A DNA stretch of 64,000 nucleotides from an uncultured delta proteobacterium (GCA_963769935.1 CAVYNY010000022.1:576001-640000), one strand, 5' to 3'. Positions 1 through 10,454 are shown, counted from the first letter of the stretch. Translations and numbers: made by a program. The notes: generated by a model from the sequence alone, not told the origin.

Positions 1-2358
1 GAAAAGAGAAAAAAGCTTCAGTTTGCGCAATCCGGCCGGGGTAATATCATACGTGTCGGGCAAGGTGGGGTGCGGAATCACAATCGCATTGTCAATGAAG
101 GCCTTGATGCTTTTTCTCACGTTAAACCCCGGCCCGCTGTCAACATCGTAGGCGAATTCATAGCCGAAGAAATCCTGCCAGAAACCATAGCCGGAATGCA
201 GATCGGATGATGAAAACCGAGACGCATTTTGCCCCAGGACGGCCATGGCCGTATAGGCCGCCGGAATAAAAAAGGCAATGCAATTGTTTTTATAGTATTC
301 CAGGTAAGGCCGCCTATTTTCATTGATTATAAATTGCATTTCGGCATCTTTGTCCGCCTTGCTTTTGGGGATCGGTTCAATGAATTTTCGTTGGCAATAA
401 TAATCAATCACCTGCTCGAAAGCCCCCTCATAGTCTGAAACAAGCGTGTCGGCAAGCTTGGCCGTCTGGGCCGTAAGATGTCTGCGATAGATGTCATTAA
501 TCGCCTGCAACCGGCTGATGGAAAATGTGTCCCCGGAAGCGTTGAGGATGGCACCGGCAACGATGGCATGCGGTGTGACGACCGTAACCCGGTTGATAGC
601 GTTTATAATACGATAACCCAGGTTGCGGATCAGCGCATTCACTTCTTTGGATTTCATTTCCGCCAGGGGGCGTTCATGGCGGCTTAACAACTGGTTCATG
701 GATAGGGGCTCATGGAATTGAATGTATATTTTGCCGTAGCGTTTTTTGAGGAGTTTGCGGGCCCGGATCACCTGCAGAATGTTTTCGGCTTCCTTCTGAC
801 CGCCGCCGAGTTCGTGCAGATAAGACTTTTCTTCCACGATTCTGTCATAGCCGATGTAAATCGGTACGATAATCATGTCATGGCAGGCACCGTCTTTATA
901 GGCGTTTATTAAAATGGACAACAGGCCCAATTTCGGCATCAGCACTTTTCCGGTGCGGCTGCGGCCGCCCTCGATAAACTGCTCGATGTTGTACCCTTCC
1001 TCCAGTAATTTGTAGATATATTCGGCGAAAACCTTGGAATAAAGAACCGCACCTCCGAAGGATCGGCGAAGAAAAAAAGCACCGCCGCTGCGAAATAGGG
1101 GGCCCATCGGCCAGAACGAAAGGTTTTTCCCCGCTGCGATATGGGGTACCGCCAGGTTGTTTTGATATAGCACATAATCCAGAATCAGATAATCAATGTG
1201 GCTTTTGTGACAGGGAACCAATACCAGCGGTCCTTTCATGGACATGGTCTTAACTCGGCCGAGAACTTCATGATTGATCGTTACCCCCTCGAACATGGTC
1301 CGGATGATCCATCCCACGATGGCCGCTGCAATTTTTATGAAAGCGGGCTTATAGTTGGCGGCGATTTCTTCCAGATACCCATCGGCCTGGCGGTGAACCT
1401 CCTGAATGGGGACCCCCCGGTTTCCGGCATAAGTTTGCATAAATTGCCGCAAACGATCCCTGGTCAAAATGCTTTCTTTCAATTCCTCTTTAGATTTGCG
1501 GACAGGTCCGGTGATGCTTTGACGATGGCGATTGAGTTGAACCAGCAAATCCCGTCGCAGCACCAATGACTGATATTCGGTCGATTGGTGGCGGAATCTG
1601 TCCGATTGCAGATAGCGTTTCAGATTGACAGGCTCGGAAACCTCCACAAACACCCGGCCGGGATTTTTAAAAAGGGTGAACAGACGTCTGATCCTGCCGG
1701 GCTTGTCTTCCGAACCCAACAATAGATCCAGCAGGGTAGGGTCTTCGCGGCGAGCAGTTTTGCTGAAAAAAATCAATTGGGGTATCAGGTAGAGCGGTCG
1801 ATCAATGGTTTTTTGAACTTCGATCAGGTAATGCACAGGATCGGTGTGGGCCTTGACAAACCGGCGATAGAAGCTCTTTTTTCCGACCAGAGACAAAAAG
1901 CCGCTGCGCCCGTCGATCAATTCCTGTTTGATGTAACCGCGTGCATAGGGATCCGGCAGGGTTTGGTAGCGGAAAAAAAAATCCAGCCGGGCCAGCAAAA
2001 TTTTTAATAACCGCGATACCGGCTGGCAAAGATAGACTTTATAGTCAAAACCGATCTGCGGAAACGGCAAATGTTCCCTCCGGTAGCGGCTGTAGTAAAA
2101 TAGATATTCGAAAGAGTTTTTGAATTTGGTTACATATATAACAATGGCATCTTGGGGCAGTTGCCTGATCATTTCGATCTGGGTTTTATCCACTTTGATG
2201 CCCAAGTAAAACAGCTTTAAAAGCAGACTTGTGAAACTGCCGATGTCTTCGGGAATCAGACAGGTATAATGATCATGGGACCCGCCCAGCAACCGGCTGA
2301 TCCAGCCGCCCGATGCGCGGCCTTTGCCTGCCGGTTTTTCTTTTTTTTCTGTCGTCAT
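1..2358 (-). CDS. plsB: Glycerol-3-phosphate acyltransferase PlsB (3' end runs off the window)
   Basis: Absent from the ORF track because there is no stop in the window. Manual translation from ATG at 2358 gives MTTEKKEKPAGKG... and later GPLVLVPCHKSHIDYLIL, the HxxxxD acyltransferase motif. The same frame reads open at position 1. Confidence 0.85.
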   Translation of the reverse strand, partial: MTTEKKEKPAGKGRASGGWISRLLGGSHDHYTCLIPEDIGSFTSLLLKLFYLGIKVDKTQIEMIRQLPQDAIVIYVTKFKNSFEYLFYYSRYRREHLPFPQIGFDYKVYLCQPVSRLLKILLARLDFFFRYQTLPDPYARGYIKQELIDGRSGFLSLVGKKSFYRRFVKAHTDPVHYLIEVQKTIDRPLYLIPQLIFFSKTARREDPTLLDLLLGSEDKPGRIRRLFTLFKNPGRVFVEVSEPVNLKRYLQSDRFRHQSTEYQSLVLRRDLLVQLNRHRQSITGPVRKSKEELKESILTRDRLRQFMQTYAGNRGVPIQEVHRQADGYLEEIAANYKPAFIKIAAAIVGWIIRTMFEGVTINHEVLGRVKTMSMKGPLVLVPCHKSHIDYLILDYVLYQNNLAVPHIAAGKNLSFWPMGPLFRSGGAFFLRRSFGGAVLYSKVFAEYIYKLLEEGYNIEQFIEGGRSRTGKVLMPKLGLLSILINAYKDGACHDMIIVPIYIGYDRIVEEKSYLHELGGGQKEAENILQVIRARKLLKKRYGKIYIQFHEPLSMNQLLSRHERPLAEMKSKEVNALIRNLGYRIINAINRVTVVTPHAIVAGAILNASGDTFSISRLQAINDIYRRHLTAQTAKLADTLVSDYEGAFEQVIDYYCQRKFIEPIPKSKADKDAEMQFIINENRRPYLEYYKNNCIAFFIPAAYTAMAVLGQNASRFSSSDLHSGYGFWQDFFGYEFAYDVDSGPGFNVRKSIKAFIDNAIVIPHPTLPDTYDITPAGLRKLKLFSLF

Positions 2359-2698
2359 GACTGGAGTCCATGCGGCGTTTTTTTTATTGTTCGGTTATGG
2401 GCGCCGTCTGTCGTTTAGCATATTGAATCCTGTCTCAGCGGCGGATTCTGAGATTGGGTTCCAATTTATCATGAGTCTGGGGATGAGTCAGGGATTTGGA
2501 TTTCGGATAGTTGCATTGTCCAGCTTATCAAAAACGCTGCCATTAAAATTAGCAGAATAGCAATTGGTTTGCAATATTTTATTGGCTTGTATTGGATACT
2601 ATGCTATGTTGGGTTTCCAAATCAGCTAAAAGTTTTAAACCTGCGCGGGTTTAGATGGATTGTACCATACATTTTAAGTGAAAGGAGGCTAAGCTTAT

Positions 2699-2977
2699 AT
2701 GAAGACATTAATTGGCGGCGCAATCGCAGCGGTATTGGGGTTGATAGGGATTGTGGCCTGGTTTCCGGAATTTCTGACGGTTGTGTTAGGAACAATCCCT
2801 ATAATGCTTTTGCTCGGTGGCGCTCTGGCCATTTATTTAGGGGTTGACGAACTCAAGGATAACTGGACCCAGGACGAAGCTGAAACGACCGAAACCAATG
2901 CCGGTGAAGAAGTTGAAAAATATAAAAAAGAGATCGGTGAGCTCAAGGAAGAGATTGAGAACTTAAAAAAAGAATAA
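2699..2977 (+). CDS. Small membrane protein with two TM helices and an acidic/coiled-coil tail
   Basis: AAGGAGG RBS upstream; two hydrophobic segments, then EVEKYKKEIGELKEEIENLKKE. Confidence 0.75.
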   Translation: MKTLIGGAIAAVLGLIGIVAWFPEFLTVVLGTIPIMLLLGGALAIYLGVDELKDNWTQDEAETTETNAGEEVEKYKKEIGELKEEIENLKKE

Positions 2978-3019
2978 CCCTGAATGGACTTTTTAACCGC
3001 GCGAGCCCGGCAGTTTGTC

Positions 3020-3733
3020 TTACCGGGCTTTTTGCATTTTGGCAGCCTTTTTTACGGCCGATGTCGCCAGATAATCGGCCCTTTCGTTGGCCGGATGGCC
3101 GGCGTGACCCCTGACTTTCATAATTTTAAGGTCCTTGAAACGGGTCATCGTTTCTTTGATGGACGCGACAATCTGCTGATTTTTGCGGGCCTTCCAGTTG
3201 AGCACGAGCAGACCGTAGGCATACTCGCTGTCGGTAAACAATCTGACGGGCTTCGCCGTATTTTTTACAGCCGAAAGCCCGGCCTGGATGGCTTTAAGCT
3301 CGGCGACGTTGTTGGTGGCATTTCCAATAAATTTAGAAATTTCTTTTTCATGCTCGTCGTAACGCAGCAGAACCCCGATGCCGGCAGGCCCCGGATTACC
3401 GGAAGAAGCCCCGTCGGTAAATACGCAAATTTTATCCTGGTAAGCTGTCTCGTCCCAGTCGGCACCCTCACCGACGGCATTATTTTTGGTCGACCTCTTT
3501 GGACGATGTTCTTTTTTATTTTGAGACGGCGCTTTTTCCGGCTGTGCGTCAAGGGGGGCGACATTTGATTTGTTGACCCAGTATTCGTATTCCTGCTTAA
3601 GCTGGTATTTGATCAGGACCTTGCCGTCTCTGGTAAGCGGTGCGCCCGTGGAATCAACGGCCATCCAGACCTTGTTGGTCTTAAACCACATGCGTTTCCA
3701 GTCTTTGGTTTCCGGCTGCTGATTGCTGGTCAT
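3020..3733 (-). CDS. rnhA: Ribonuclease HI with an N-terminal extension
   Basis: FTDGASSGNPGPAG, TNNVAEL, TDSEY and VRGHAGHPANERAD motifs. Confidence 0.92.
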   Translation of the reverse strand: MTSNQQPETKDWKRMWFKTNKVWMAVDSTGAPLTRDGKVLIKYQLKQEYEYWVNKSNVAPLDAQPEKAPSQNKKEHRPKRSTKNNAVGEGADWDETAYQDKICVFTDGASSGNPGPAGIGVLLRYDEHEKEISKFIGNATNNVAELKAIQAGLSAVKNTAKPVRLFTDSEYAYGLLVLNWKARKNQQIVASIKETMTRFKDLKIMKVRGHAGHPANERADYLATSAVKKAAKMQKAR

Positions 3734-3754
3734 TGGTTCCCGGCCTCTGGGTAT

Positions 3755-4045
3755 TTAGTTTGATTGAGTTTGTTGAGTTGACTGAGTTTGTTGAGCTGTC
3801 TAGTTGACGGTTGATAGTTATAGTTGTTTAGAATACGTTCAGACCGCATGATCTCAGTTATACGGTCCAAGATTTCAGGTTCTAGGCAAAGCTCAGAGAG
3901 TTTACCGTCTAAAAATAGCGATCATTCATCCACATTTAACGCTCTGCCCTTATGCCATATTATGCCTTTAGCTTTCTTCTAATCTTCTTATCTTCTGAGC
4001 CTCTCAGCTTCTTATCTTCTGGACTTCCCACCCTCCCACCTTCCA
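3755..4045. repeat. Degenerate 8-9-mer tandem arrays in the rnhA-namZ spacer
   Basis: GAGTTTGTT-like units at about 3765-3800 and CTTCTTAT/CTTCCCAC-like units at about 3970-4045. Confidence 0.6.
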
Positions 4046-5221
4046 TCATTTATAAAGATGGAATTCCCGGCTGATTTTTTTAAACCGATTGAGTTCTTCC
4101 TGCCAGCCGGCCTCAATTTCATTGACGGGCTCCAGGTTTTCCAGGCGCCGGCGAATGTCCCTGTTGCCGATAATCAGGTCGATGGGCATTCGTTCTAATT
4201 CATATTCATAGGGCGGCGACTTCCATTCAAATTGATCCGGGTGATTCAATATGACGGCTCTGAGCAGCCTAAGCGTCGTTGCATAAGGTCGATAGCGCCG
4301 GGGCGCGGTGACATGAATCTGAAAACCGCGGCATGGTGTTTGCCGCCATTTATTCGAGGTCGGTTCGAACACGGCCGGCCTGAGGACGGCCCCGGGTATT
4401 TCCTTGTCGTCCAGGGCGCTCAGAATCTTGGCGAAATCAATAAAAGGGGCGCCGAATAATTCGAACGGCTGGGTGGTGCCGCGTCCTTCCGAGACATTGG
4501 TGCCTTCCCACAACACCTGGCCGGGATAGACCATAACGGATGCCGGCGTCGGCAGGTTGGGCGATGGGGCCACCCAGGGCAGCCCGGTGTCGGCAAACAG
4601 CATCCTGCGGTGCCAGCCGTTCATGGGAATTACTTCCAGCCGGCAGCCGATTGCAAAGTAGTCGTTGAACATAACTGCCAGTTCACCGATGGTCAATCCA
4701 TGGCGCATGGGGATCTGATAGCGCCCGACAAAAGAGGTGCAATCGGCACCCAGACAGTTGCCTTCGATCGCAACCCCGCCGATGGGGTTGGGCCGGTCCA
4801 GAATGATAATCTTGACGTTGTATTCCCGGGCCGCTTCCATGCAGTAGGAAAGGGTGTAGATGAATGTGTATACCCGGGTGCCGACATCCTGCAGGTCCAC
4901 CAGCAAAACATCGATGGGTTCGAAGATGCGGGCATCGGGTTTGCGGGATTTGCCATATAGACTGAAAATCGGAATTTTCAAAACCGGATCCAGCATGTCC
5001 GCCGACTCGATCATGTTGTCCTGTTTTTCGGCAAAAAAACCATGCTGGGGAGAATACAAGGCCGTTAAATGCTGCGGCACCAGGTTATGGATCAACAGGC
5101 GGGCATGGATAAATCGGCGGTCCACCGAGGCCGGGTTGCACAAAAGGCCAATGCGCGCCTTGGCCATAAAGCGCTGCGGTTCTGCAATCAGTCTTTCCAG
5201 TCCGGTTTGAACACGTGGCAT
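4046..5221 (-). CDS. namZ: Exo-beta-N-acetylmuramidase NamZ (DUF1343)
   Basis: SPQHG, DLQDVGTRVYTF, LDRPNPIGG, RHGLTIGELA, PSPNLPT and SEGRGTTQPFE motifs; start placed at MPRVQTGLE. Confidence 0.9.
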   Translation of the reverse strand: MPRVQTGLERLIAEPQRFMAKARIGLLCNPASVDRRFIHARLLIHNLVPQHLTALYSPQHGFFAEKQDNMIESADMLDPVLKIPIFSLYGKSRKPDARIFEPIDVLLVDLQDVGTRVYTFIYTLSYCMEAAREYNVKIIILDRPNPIGGVAIEGNCLGADCTSFVGRYQIPMRHGLTIGELAVMFNDYFAIGCRLEVIPMNGWHRRMLFADTGLPWVAPSPNLPTPASVMVYPGQVLWEGTNVSEGRGTTQPFELFGAPFIDFAKILSALDDKEIPGAVLRPAVFEPTSNKWRQTPCRGFQIHVTAPRRYRPYATTLRLLRAVILNHPDQFEWKSPPYEYELERMPIDLIIGNRDIRRRLENLEPVNEIEAGWQEELNRFKKISREFHLYK

Positions 5222-5345
5222 GGTGTAGATCAACCCTTGTAGATTCGTCGACAATTTCTCATAGCACACTGACTGCCGAATCAAAAGCGTAATATATTTA
5301 AAAGAGTCAAAAAGACCTTGACATCAGTCTAAGTCCTAAAATTTC

Positions 5346-5374
5346 TTGACATAAAGACAAATTCCCCCTAAGTT
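5346..5374 (+). promoter_or_regulatory. Putative sigma70 promoter for the ATPase-oxidoreductase operon
   Basis: TTGACA-N17-TAAGTT. Confidence 0.45.
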
Positions 5375-5449
5375 ACCAAATTTGGTTCACGATGAAAAAT
5401 AAACGGTGCTCGGCGCTTTCTGATGCCCTTCGCACCCAAGGGAGTTGTT

Positions 5450-6157
5450 TTGGAGATTAATTTAAGCGGCGTGGTTGCGATTGTCGGGAATTACGGCAGC
5501 GGCAAGACCGAGGTTTCCATCAATCTGGCGGTCAACCGCAAACGTGCCGGTTTGGATGTCCGTATTGCCGATCTGGATCTGGTAAATCCATATTTCAGAA
5601 CCCGCGAAGCCCGTAAGCAACTTGCAAAGCTGGGAATCGAGGTGGTTTTACCGCCGCAGGAGTATTTGCAGGCCGATCTGCCGGTGCTCAGCCCCGTAAT
5701 TGCAGGTATGATCAAAAATGCCGTCGGCTTGGCGCTGCTGGATGTCGGCGGCGACGATGTCGGTGCAATGGTTCTGGCAGCCTTGGGCGATGCTTTTAAA
5801 GGCATCCGGGTCCATGTGCTGCAGGTGGTGAATCCGTTGCGCCCGAATACAGCCACCGTGGAAGGATGTCTGAAAATACGTGACGATATCGAAAAAGCAG
5901 CGCAGCTGAAGATCACGGGACTGATCGGCAACGCCAATTTGATCGACGAGACGGGCATCGATACCGTTTACAACGGCTATCAATTTGTTCGAAAATTGTC
6001 GGATGCCAGCGGCCTGCCGCTGGAATTTATTACGGTGGCCCGGGAGCTGCTGCCCGCCGTCGATTTAAAGCGGATTGGCTGTTCGATTCTGCCCATCGCC
6101 AGACAGCTTGTGCCGCCGTGGCTGAAGGCCAAGGATTTCGAGGATTCAGATTGTTAG
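5450..6157 (+). CDS. Uncharacterised P-loop ATPase (MinD/CooC-like) preceding the oxidoreductase genes
   Basis: Walker A GNYGSGKT, DLDLVNPYFR and DVGGD; TTG start after AAGGGAG. Confidence 0.8.
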   Translation: MEINLSGVVAIVGNYGSGKTEVSINLAVNRKRAGLDVRIADLDLVNPYFRTREARKQLAKLGIEVVLPPQEYLQADLPVLSPVIAGMIKNAVGLALLDVGGDDVGAMVLAALGDAFKGIRVHVLQVVNPLRPNTATVEGCLKIRDDIEKAAQLKITGLIGNANLIDETGIDTVYNGYQFVRKLSDASGLPLEFITVARELLPAVDLKRIGCSILPIARQLVPPWLKAKDFEDSDC

Positions 6158-6377
6158 TAGTGGTGTCAGGTTTCAGGTGTCAGCGCCGTTGCAAGGGCGG
6201 CAGGTTTGAGCGAAAAAGAAACTGATGAACGTCGAATCACGCCAAGGCGTTTAGCAACGAATGAATGTGTTCCGTCTATTTAAAAAAAGAGAGAGCAACA
6301 CGCGGCGCAAGCGCCTGCGCTGCGCGGGCGAAACCCTAATTATTCAATATTCAATCAAATAGAGGAGAATTAGCCGT

Positions 6378-6623
6378 ATGGCCTATGAGCATAGTATCGA
6401 TAGTGATCGATGCAAAGGATGCGGATTGTGCGTCAACTTCTGTCCCAAAAATGTTCTGGAGATTTCCGGTGAGATCAACGTAAAAGGGTATTTTCCGGCC
6501 TATCAGGCACGCCCGGAAGACTGTATCTTTTGTGCCATCTGCTGCACCGTGTGTCCGGACGTCGCCGTAACGATCAGCGAAATCGAAGAAGAAGCGGCAG
6601 CACAGAAACAAACGGAGGATTAA
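6378..6623 (+). CDS. 2-oxoacid:ferredoxin oxidoreductase delta subunit (2x[4Fe-4S])
   Basis: CKGCGLCVNFCP and CIFCAICCTVCP. Confidence 0.92.
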   Translation: MAYEHSIDSDRCKGCGLCVNFCPKNVLEISGEINVKGYFPAYQARPEDCIFCAICCTVCPDVAVTISEIEEEAAAQKQTED

Positions 6624-6624
6624 G

Positions 6625-7695
6625 ATGAGCAAGGTTCTAATGAAAGGCAATGAAGCCATTGCCGAGGCCGCCATTCGCGCAGGATGTCTGAATTATTTTG
6701 CCTATCCCATCACGCCGCAGACGGAAGTGGCCGAGTATCTTGCCAAACGTCTGACGGAAGTCAACGGTGTCTTCCTGCAGGGCGAAAGCGAGGTCGCGGT
6801 ATCCTATATGATTTTCGGCGCTGCCGCCTGCGGTGAGAGAGTATTTACAACCTCTTCGAGCCCGGGCGTCAGTTTGATGAGCGAAGGCATCAGTTATATC
6901 ACGGCGGCCGAATGCCCGGCGGTATTTGTCAATATCATGCGGGGCGGGCCCGGACTGGGTGGTATCCTTCCCTCTCAGGCAGATTACTTCCAGGCCACCA
7001 AAGGCGGGGGGCATGGTGACTACAAACTGCTGTGTATGGCACCGGCCAGTGTTCAGGAAGCCGTCGAGATGATGATGGAGGCATTTAGCCTGGCCGAAAA
7101 ATACCGCAACCCGGTAATGATTCTGGGCGACGGCCTGATCGGCCAGATGATGGAGCCGGTGGAATTCCCGGAACAGCTTAAAGCCAAACCATCCAACAAG
7201 GACGATTGGGCCACCAGCGGTATGGACACCCGCCGGAGCACCCAACGCAATCTGGTCAAAACACTTTATCTGGTACCCGAAGAGCTCAATGCCCATAATC
7301 TGAAATTAAAGGCCAAATATGAAAAAATGGAGCGGGAAGAGACACGGTCTGAGGCCTACAACTGCGATGGGGATTATCAGGCTTTAATCATCAGTTATGG
7401 TACCATGAGCCGGGTTTGCCGCACCGCCATCGACCTGCTCAGGGACGAGGGGCTGGAGGTCGGAATGATCAGGCCACAGTTCGTATTTCCCTTCCCGCGC
7501 AAGGCTATATATGAGGCCGCTCAAAAAGAAAGCTGCCAGGTTGTTTTCAGCATTGAAATGAGTATGGGGCAAATGATCGAAGACGTGGAGCGCAGTTTGG
7601 CCGGCAAGCGGCCGGTTCACTGGTATGGCAAGTGCGGCGGCGAGGTTCCGACGCCCGAAGAGGTAATGCAGGTGGTGCGCTCGATCGTTAAATAG
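6625..7695 (+). CDS. vorB: 2-oxoacid (probably 2-ketoisovalerate):ferredoxin oxidoreductase alpha subunit
   Basis: MKGNEAIAEAA, YPITPQ, TSSSPG, RGGPGLG, QATKGGGHGDY and EMSMGQ. Confidence 0.9.
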   Translation: MSKVLMKGNEAIAEAAIRAGCLNYFAYPITPQTEVAEYLAKRLTEVNGVFLQGESEVAVSYMIFGAAACGERVFTTSSSPGVSLMSEGISYITAAECPAVFVNIMRGGPGLGGILPSQADYFQATKGGGHGDYKLLCMAPASVQEAVEMMMEAFSLAEKYRNPVMILGDGLIGQMMEPVEFPEQLKAKPSNKDDWATSGMDTRRSTQRNLVKTLYLVPEELNAHNLKLKAKYEKMEREETRSEAYNCDGDYQALIISYGTMSRVCRTAIDLLRDEGLEVGMIRPQFVFPFPRKAIYEAAQKESCQVVFSIEMSMGQMIEDVERSLAGKRPVHWYGKCGGEVPTPEEVMQVVRSIVK

Positions 7696-7752
7696 TCGCA
7701 TAGCCGAGCGCCTGACTCTGCGGGCGTCCGGCCAAATCAAGGAGTGGACACA

Positions 7753-8496
7753 ATGGGAAAGACATTTCATAGACCCGAAGCCCTCGCTGATACAATTACC
7801 CACTACTGCCCGGGATGCACCCACGGGGTGGCGCATCGGCTGGTGGCCGAGGTAATTGATGAACTGGGGATTCGCGGCCGCACCGTCGGTATCGCGCCGG
7901 TGGGATGCGCCGTCTTAATGTACAATTATTTCACCTGCGATTTTCAGGAAGCGGCTCATGGCAGGGCACCGGCAATGGCGACCGGGATCAAGCGGGTTCG
8001 ACCGGATCTGATCGTCTTCACCTACCAGGGGGACGGTGATCTGGCAAGCATCGGACTGAGTGAAATTGTTCACGCGGCCAATCGGGGCGAGAAATTTACC
8101 ACAATTTTTATCAACAATGCCGTTTACGGTATGACCGGCGGCCAGATGGCCCCCACCACAATGCCGGGCCAGCGAACCACAACTTCGCCTTTTGGCAGGA
8201 AAACGGACTTTACCGGAATGCCGATCAGGGTGTGCGAGATGCTGGCATCTCTGGCCACGCCTGGATTTATTAGCCGCCAGACGCTGATATCCCCCAAGTA
8301 TATCAACCGGGCCAAAAAAGCCATCAAGAAGGCTTTTATGTACCAACTGGAAAATCGATGCTTCAGCCTGGTGGAATTGATCAGCACCTGTCCGACAAAC
8401 TGGGGCATGACGCCCCTGAATGCACTAAAATGGGCTGAAGAGACAATGCTGCCGTATTTCAAACTGGGGGATTATAAAACGCCGGAGGAAAATTAA
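7753..8496 (+). CDS. 2-oxoacid:ferredoxin oxidoreductase beta subunit (TPP-binding)
   Basis: HYCPGCTHG, HGRA, GDGD...NN, YGMTGGQ and CPTNW. Confidence 0.92.
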   Translation: MGKTFHRPEALADTITHYCPGCTHGVAHRLVAEVIDELGIRGRTVGIAPVGCAVLMYNYFTCDFQEAAHGRAPAMATGIKRVRPDLIVFTYQGDGDLASIGLSEIVHAANRGEKFTTIFINNAVYGMTGGQMAPTTMPGQRTTTSPFGRKTDFTGMPIRVCEMLASLATPGFISRQTLISPKYINRAKKAIKKAFMYQLENRCFSLVELISTCPTNWGMTPLNALKWAEETMLPYFKLGDYKTPEEN

Positions 8497-8574
8497 GCTC
8501 ATAGCTCATAGTTTTATGTTTAAAACGATATTATCGGATTTTTCTATCAGCTATGAACTATCAGCTATCGGCTA
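8497..8574. repeat. Inverted heptamer array (hairpin) inside the operon
   Basis: GCTCATA x2 on the left faces CTATCAG/CTATGAA/CTATCAG/CTATCGG on the right. Confidence 0.7.
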
Positions 8575-8591
8575 AATTTTGAGGAGGGGTC

Positions 8592-9131
8592 ATGCAAAGT
8601 GAAATTCAATTTGCCGGATTCGGCGGACAGGGGATCATGTTGATGGGCCAGATTCTCGCTCAGGCCGCAATGAACGAAGGATTTGAAGTTGTCTGGATAC
8701 CTTCCTACGGGCCGGAGATGCGGGGCGGCACCGCCTATTGTACGGTTGTGATCAGCGACCGGCTCATAGGGTCTCCGATTATTCGCAATCCCAAACATCT
8801 GGTTGCCATGAACCGGCCCTCTTTGGAAAAATTTGCACCGACCGTTAAAGCCGGCGGAGTGATATTTATCAACAGCTCCATAATATCCATCGATGCCGGC
8901 CGTGATGATGTGGATGTCGTCAGAGTGCCCATCATCGAAATTGCCAAGGAGCTCGGAAACGTCAAAGCCGCCAATATCGTGGCTCTGGCCGCATTTGTGA
9001 TCCGCAGCAAGGTGGTTGGTTTCGAAGCACTGCAAGAAGCGGTCAAAGGTAAATTCGCCCAGAAAGAAAAGCTGATACCCCTGAATATGAAAGCGCTTGA
9101 GGAAGGAAGAAAGGCGGCCCTGGCCCAATGA
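8592..9131 (+). CDS. 2-oxoacid:ferredoxin oxidoreductase gamma subunit
   Basis: AGFGGQG and PSYGPEMRGGTA. Confidence 0.92.
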   Translation: MQSEIQFAGFGGQGIMLMGQILAQAAMNEGFEVVWIPSYGPEMRGGTAYCTVVISDRLIGSPIIRNPKHLVAMNRPSLEKFAPTVKAGGVIFINSSIISIDAGRDDVDVVRVPIIEIAKELGNVKAANIVALAAFVIRSKVVGFEALQEAVKGKFAQKEKLIPLNMKALEEGRKAALAQ

Positions 9132-10216
9132 AACTGACCGTGCCCGATTACATCCTGACACTGAAACCCTATGTGGCAGGAAAACCGCTTGAGGAACTCC
9201 AGCGGGAATACGGCATTGCCGATGCGGTCAAGCTTGCCTCCAATGAAAATCCCCTGGGGCCGTCGCCCAAGGCATTGGAGGCTATCCGGCAAACCGCCGG
9301 TAAATTGCATCGGTATCCCAACAGCGGCAGCTATGATTTGTGTCAACACCTTGCGAGCCGCTTGAACATAAAGTGCGAAAACATCGTGCTCGGTAACGGT
9401 TCCGACGACCTGATCGCCATGCTCGCCCGGGTGATGCTGCAGCCCGGTGATGAAGCCATTATACCCCAGCCCGCCTTCCTGTACTATGAAATCGTAATCC
9501 AGAGTTCCGGTGCCGTAGCGCGCGGAGTGCCTTTGAAGGACCTGCAGACCGACCTGGATGGAATGCTGGATCGCATCGGTCCGAAAACCCGGCTCATTTT
9601 CGTGAACAATCCGCATAACCCCACCGGGTCCCTGATCGCAAAAGAAGCGCTGGATACATTTGTCGCAGCTGTGCCGACGAATATCGTGCTGGTGGTCGAC
9701 GAGGCTTACATCGAATTTGTAAGCGCCGCGAATTGCCCCAGCAGCCTCGATTACCTGCATTCGGACAAGACCGTGGTCGGACTGCGAACCTTCTCCAAGG
9801 CCTATGGCTTGGCCGGGCTTCGCATCGGCTACGGACTTATGCCGCCATATTTAGCCCAACTACTCCACCGGGTAAGACAGCCCTTTAATGTGAATACGCT
9901 GGCCCAGGCGGCGGCCATTGCCGCCCTTGAAGATAAGGATTTCCTGCGACAAACCGTGCAGCTGGTTTCAGAAGAAATGGCATTTATGTACCAGGCCCTG
10001 GATAGGATCGGCATCAAATACCATAAGTCCCACGCCAATTTCTTTCTGATTCAAGTGGACAAAAAGGCCGATGTGGTTTTCGAGGATCTGCTTAAAAAAG
10101 GGGTTATTGTACGTTCCATGACATCCTACGGCTATCCGGATTGCATCCGGGTCAACGTCGGATTGCATCAGGAAAACCTTCGATTGCTGAAGGCGCTGGA
10201 AGAAGTGCTTCAATAG
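9128..10216 (+). CDS. hisC: Histidinol-phosphate aminotransferase
   Basis: KLASNENPLG, GNGSD, NPHNPTG, DEAY and RTFSKAYGLAGLRIGY. Confidence 0.95.
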   Translation: MKLTVPDYILTLKPYVAGKPLEELQREYGIADAVKLASNENPLGPSPKALEAIRQTAGKLHRYPNSGSYDLCQHLASRLNIKCENIVLGNGSDDLIAMLARVMLQPGDEAIIPQPAFLYYEIVIQSSGAVARGVPLKDLQTDLDGMLDRIGPKTRLIFVNNPHNPTGSLIAKEALDTFVAAVPTNIVLVVDEAYIEFVSAANCPSSLDYLHSDKTVVGLRTFSKAYGLAGLRIGYGLMPPYLAQLLHRVRQPFNVNTLAQAAAIAALEDKDFLRQTVQLVSEEMAFMYQALDRIGIKYHKSHANFFLIQVDKKADVVFEDLLKKGVIVRSMTSYGYPDCIRVNVGLHQENLRLLKALEEVLQ

Positions 10217-10445
10217 GTTTCAGGTTTCGGTTTTCAAGTGTCAGGTTTCAGATGGCAGATGACGGAAGAAAGATAAAAGAGGACAAAACCTGGGAGGTTG
10301 GGAAGCGGGGCTGGTGAGACAGGCAAACGGTGAACCGGTGAATCGGTGAGACGGGGAAACGGACAGACGGGGAAAAAGATAGAAACCCTGAACTGTCTAA
10401 TCGATCCAAACGATTTCAACAAACGCAATAAACGCTATAAACTAA
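10217..10445. repeat. Mosaic of 7-, 8- and 9-mer tandem arrays
   Basis: GGTTTCA-like, ACGGGGAA/ACGGTGAA-like and AAACGCAAT-like units in succession. Confidence 0.65.
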
Positions 10446-10454
10446 ATATACTTC

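Noticed and set aside
117..2560. Many short ORFs in the track
   Set aside because: They are shadows of the long minus-strand plsB frame that the track missed.
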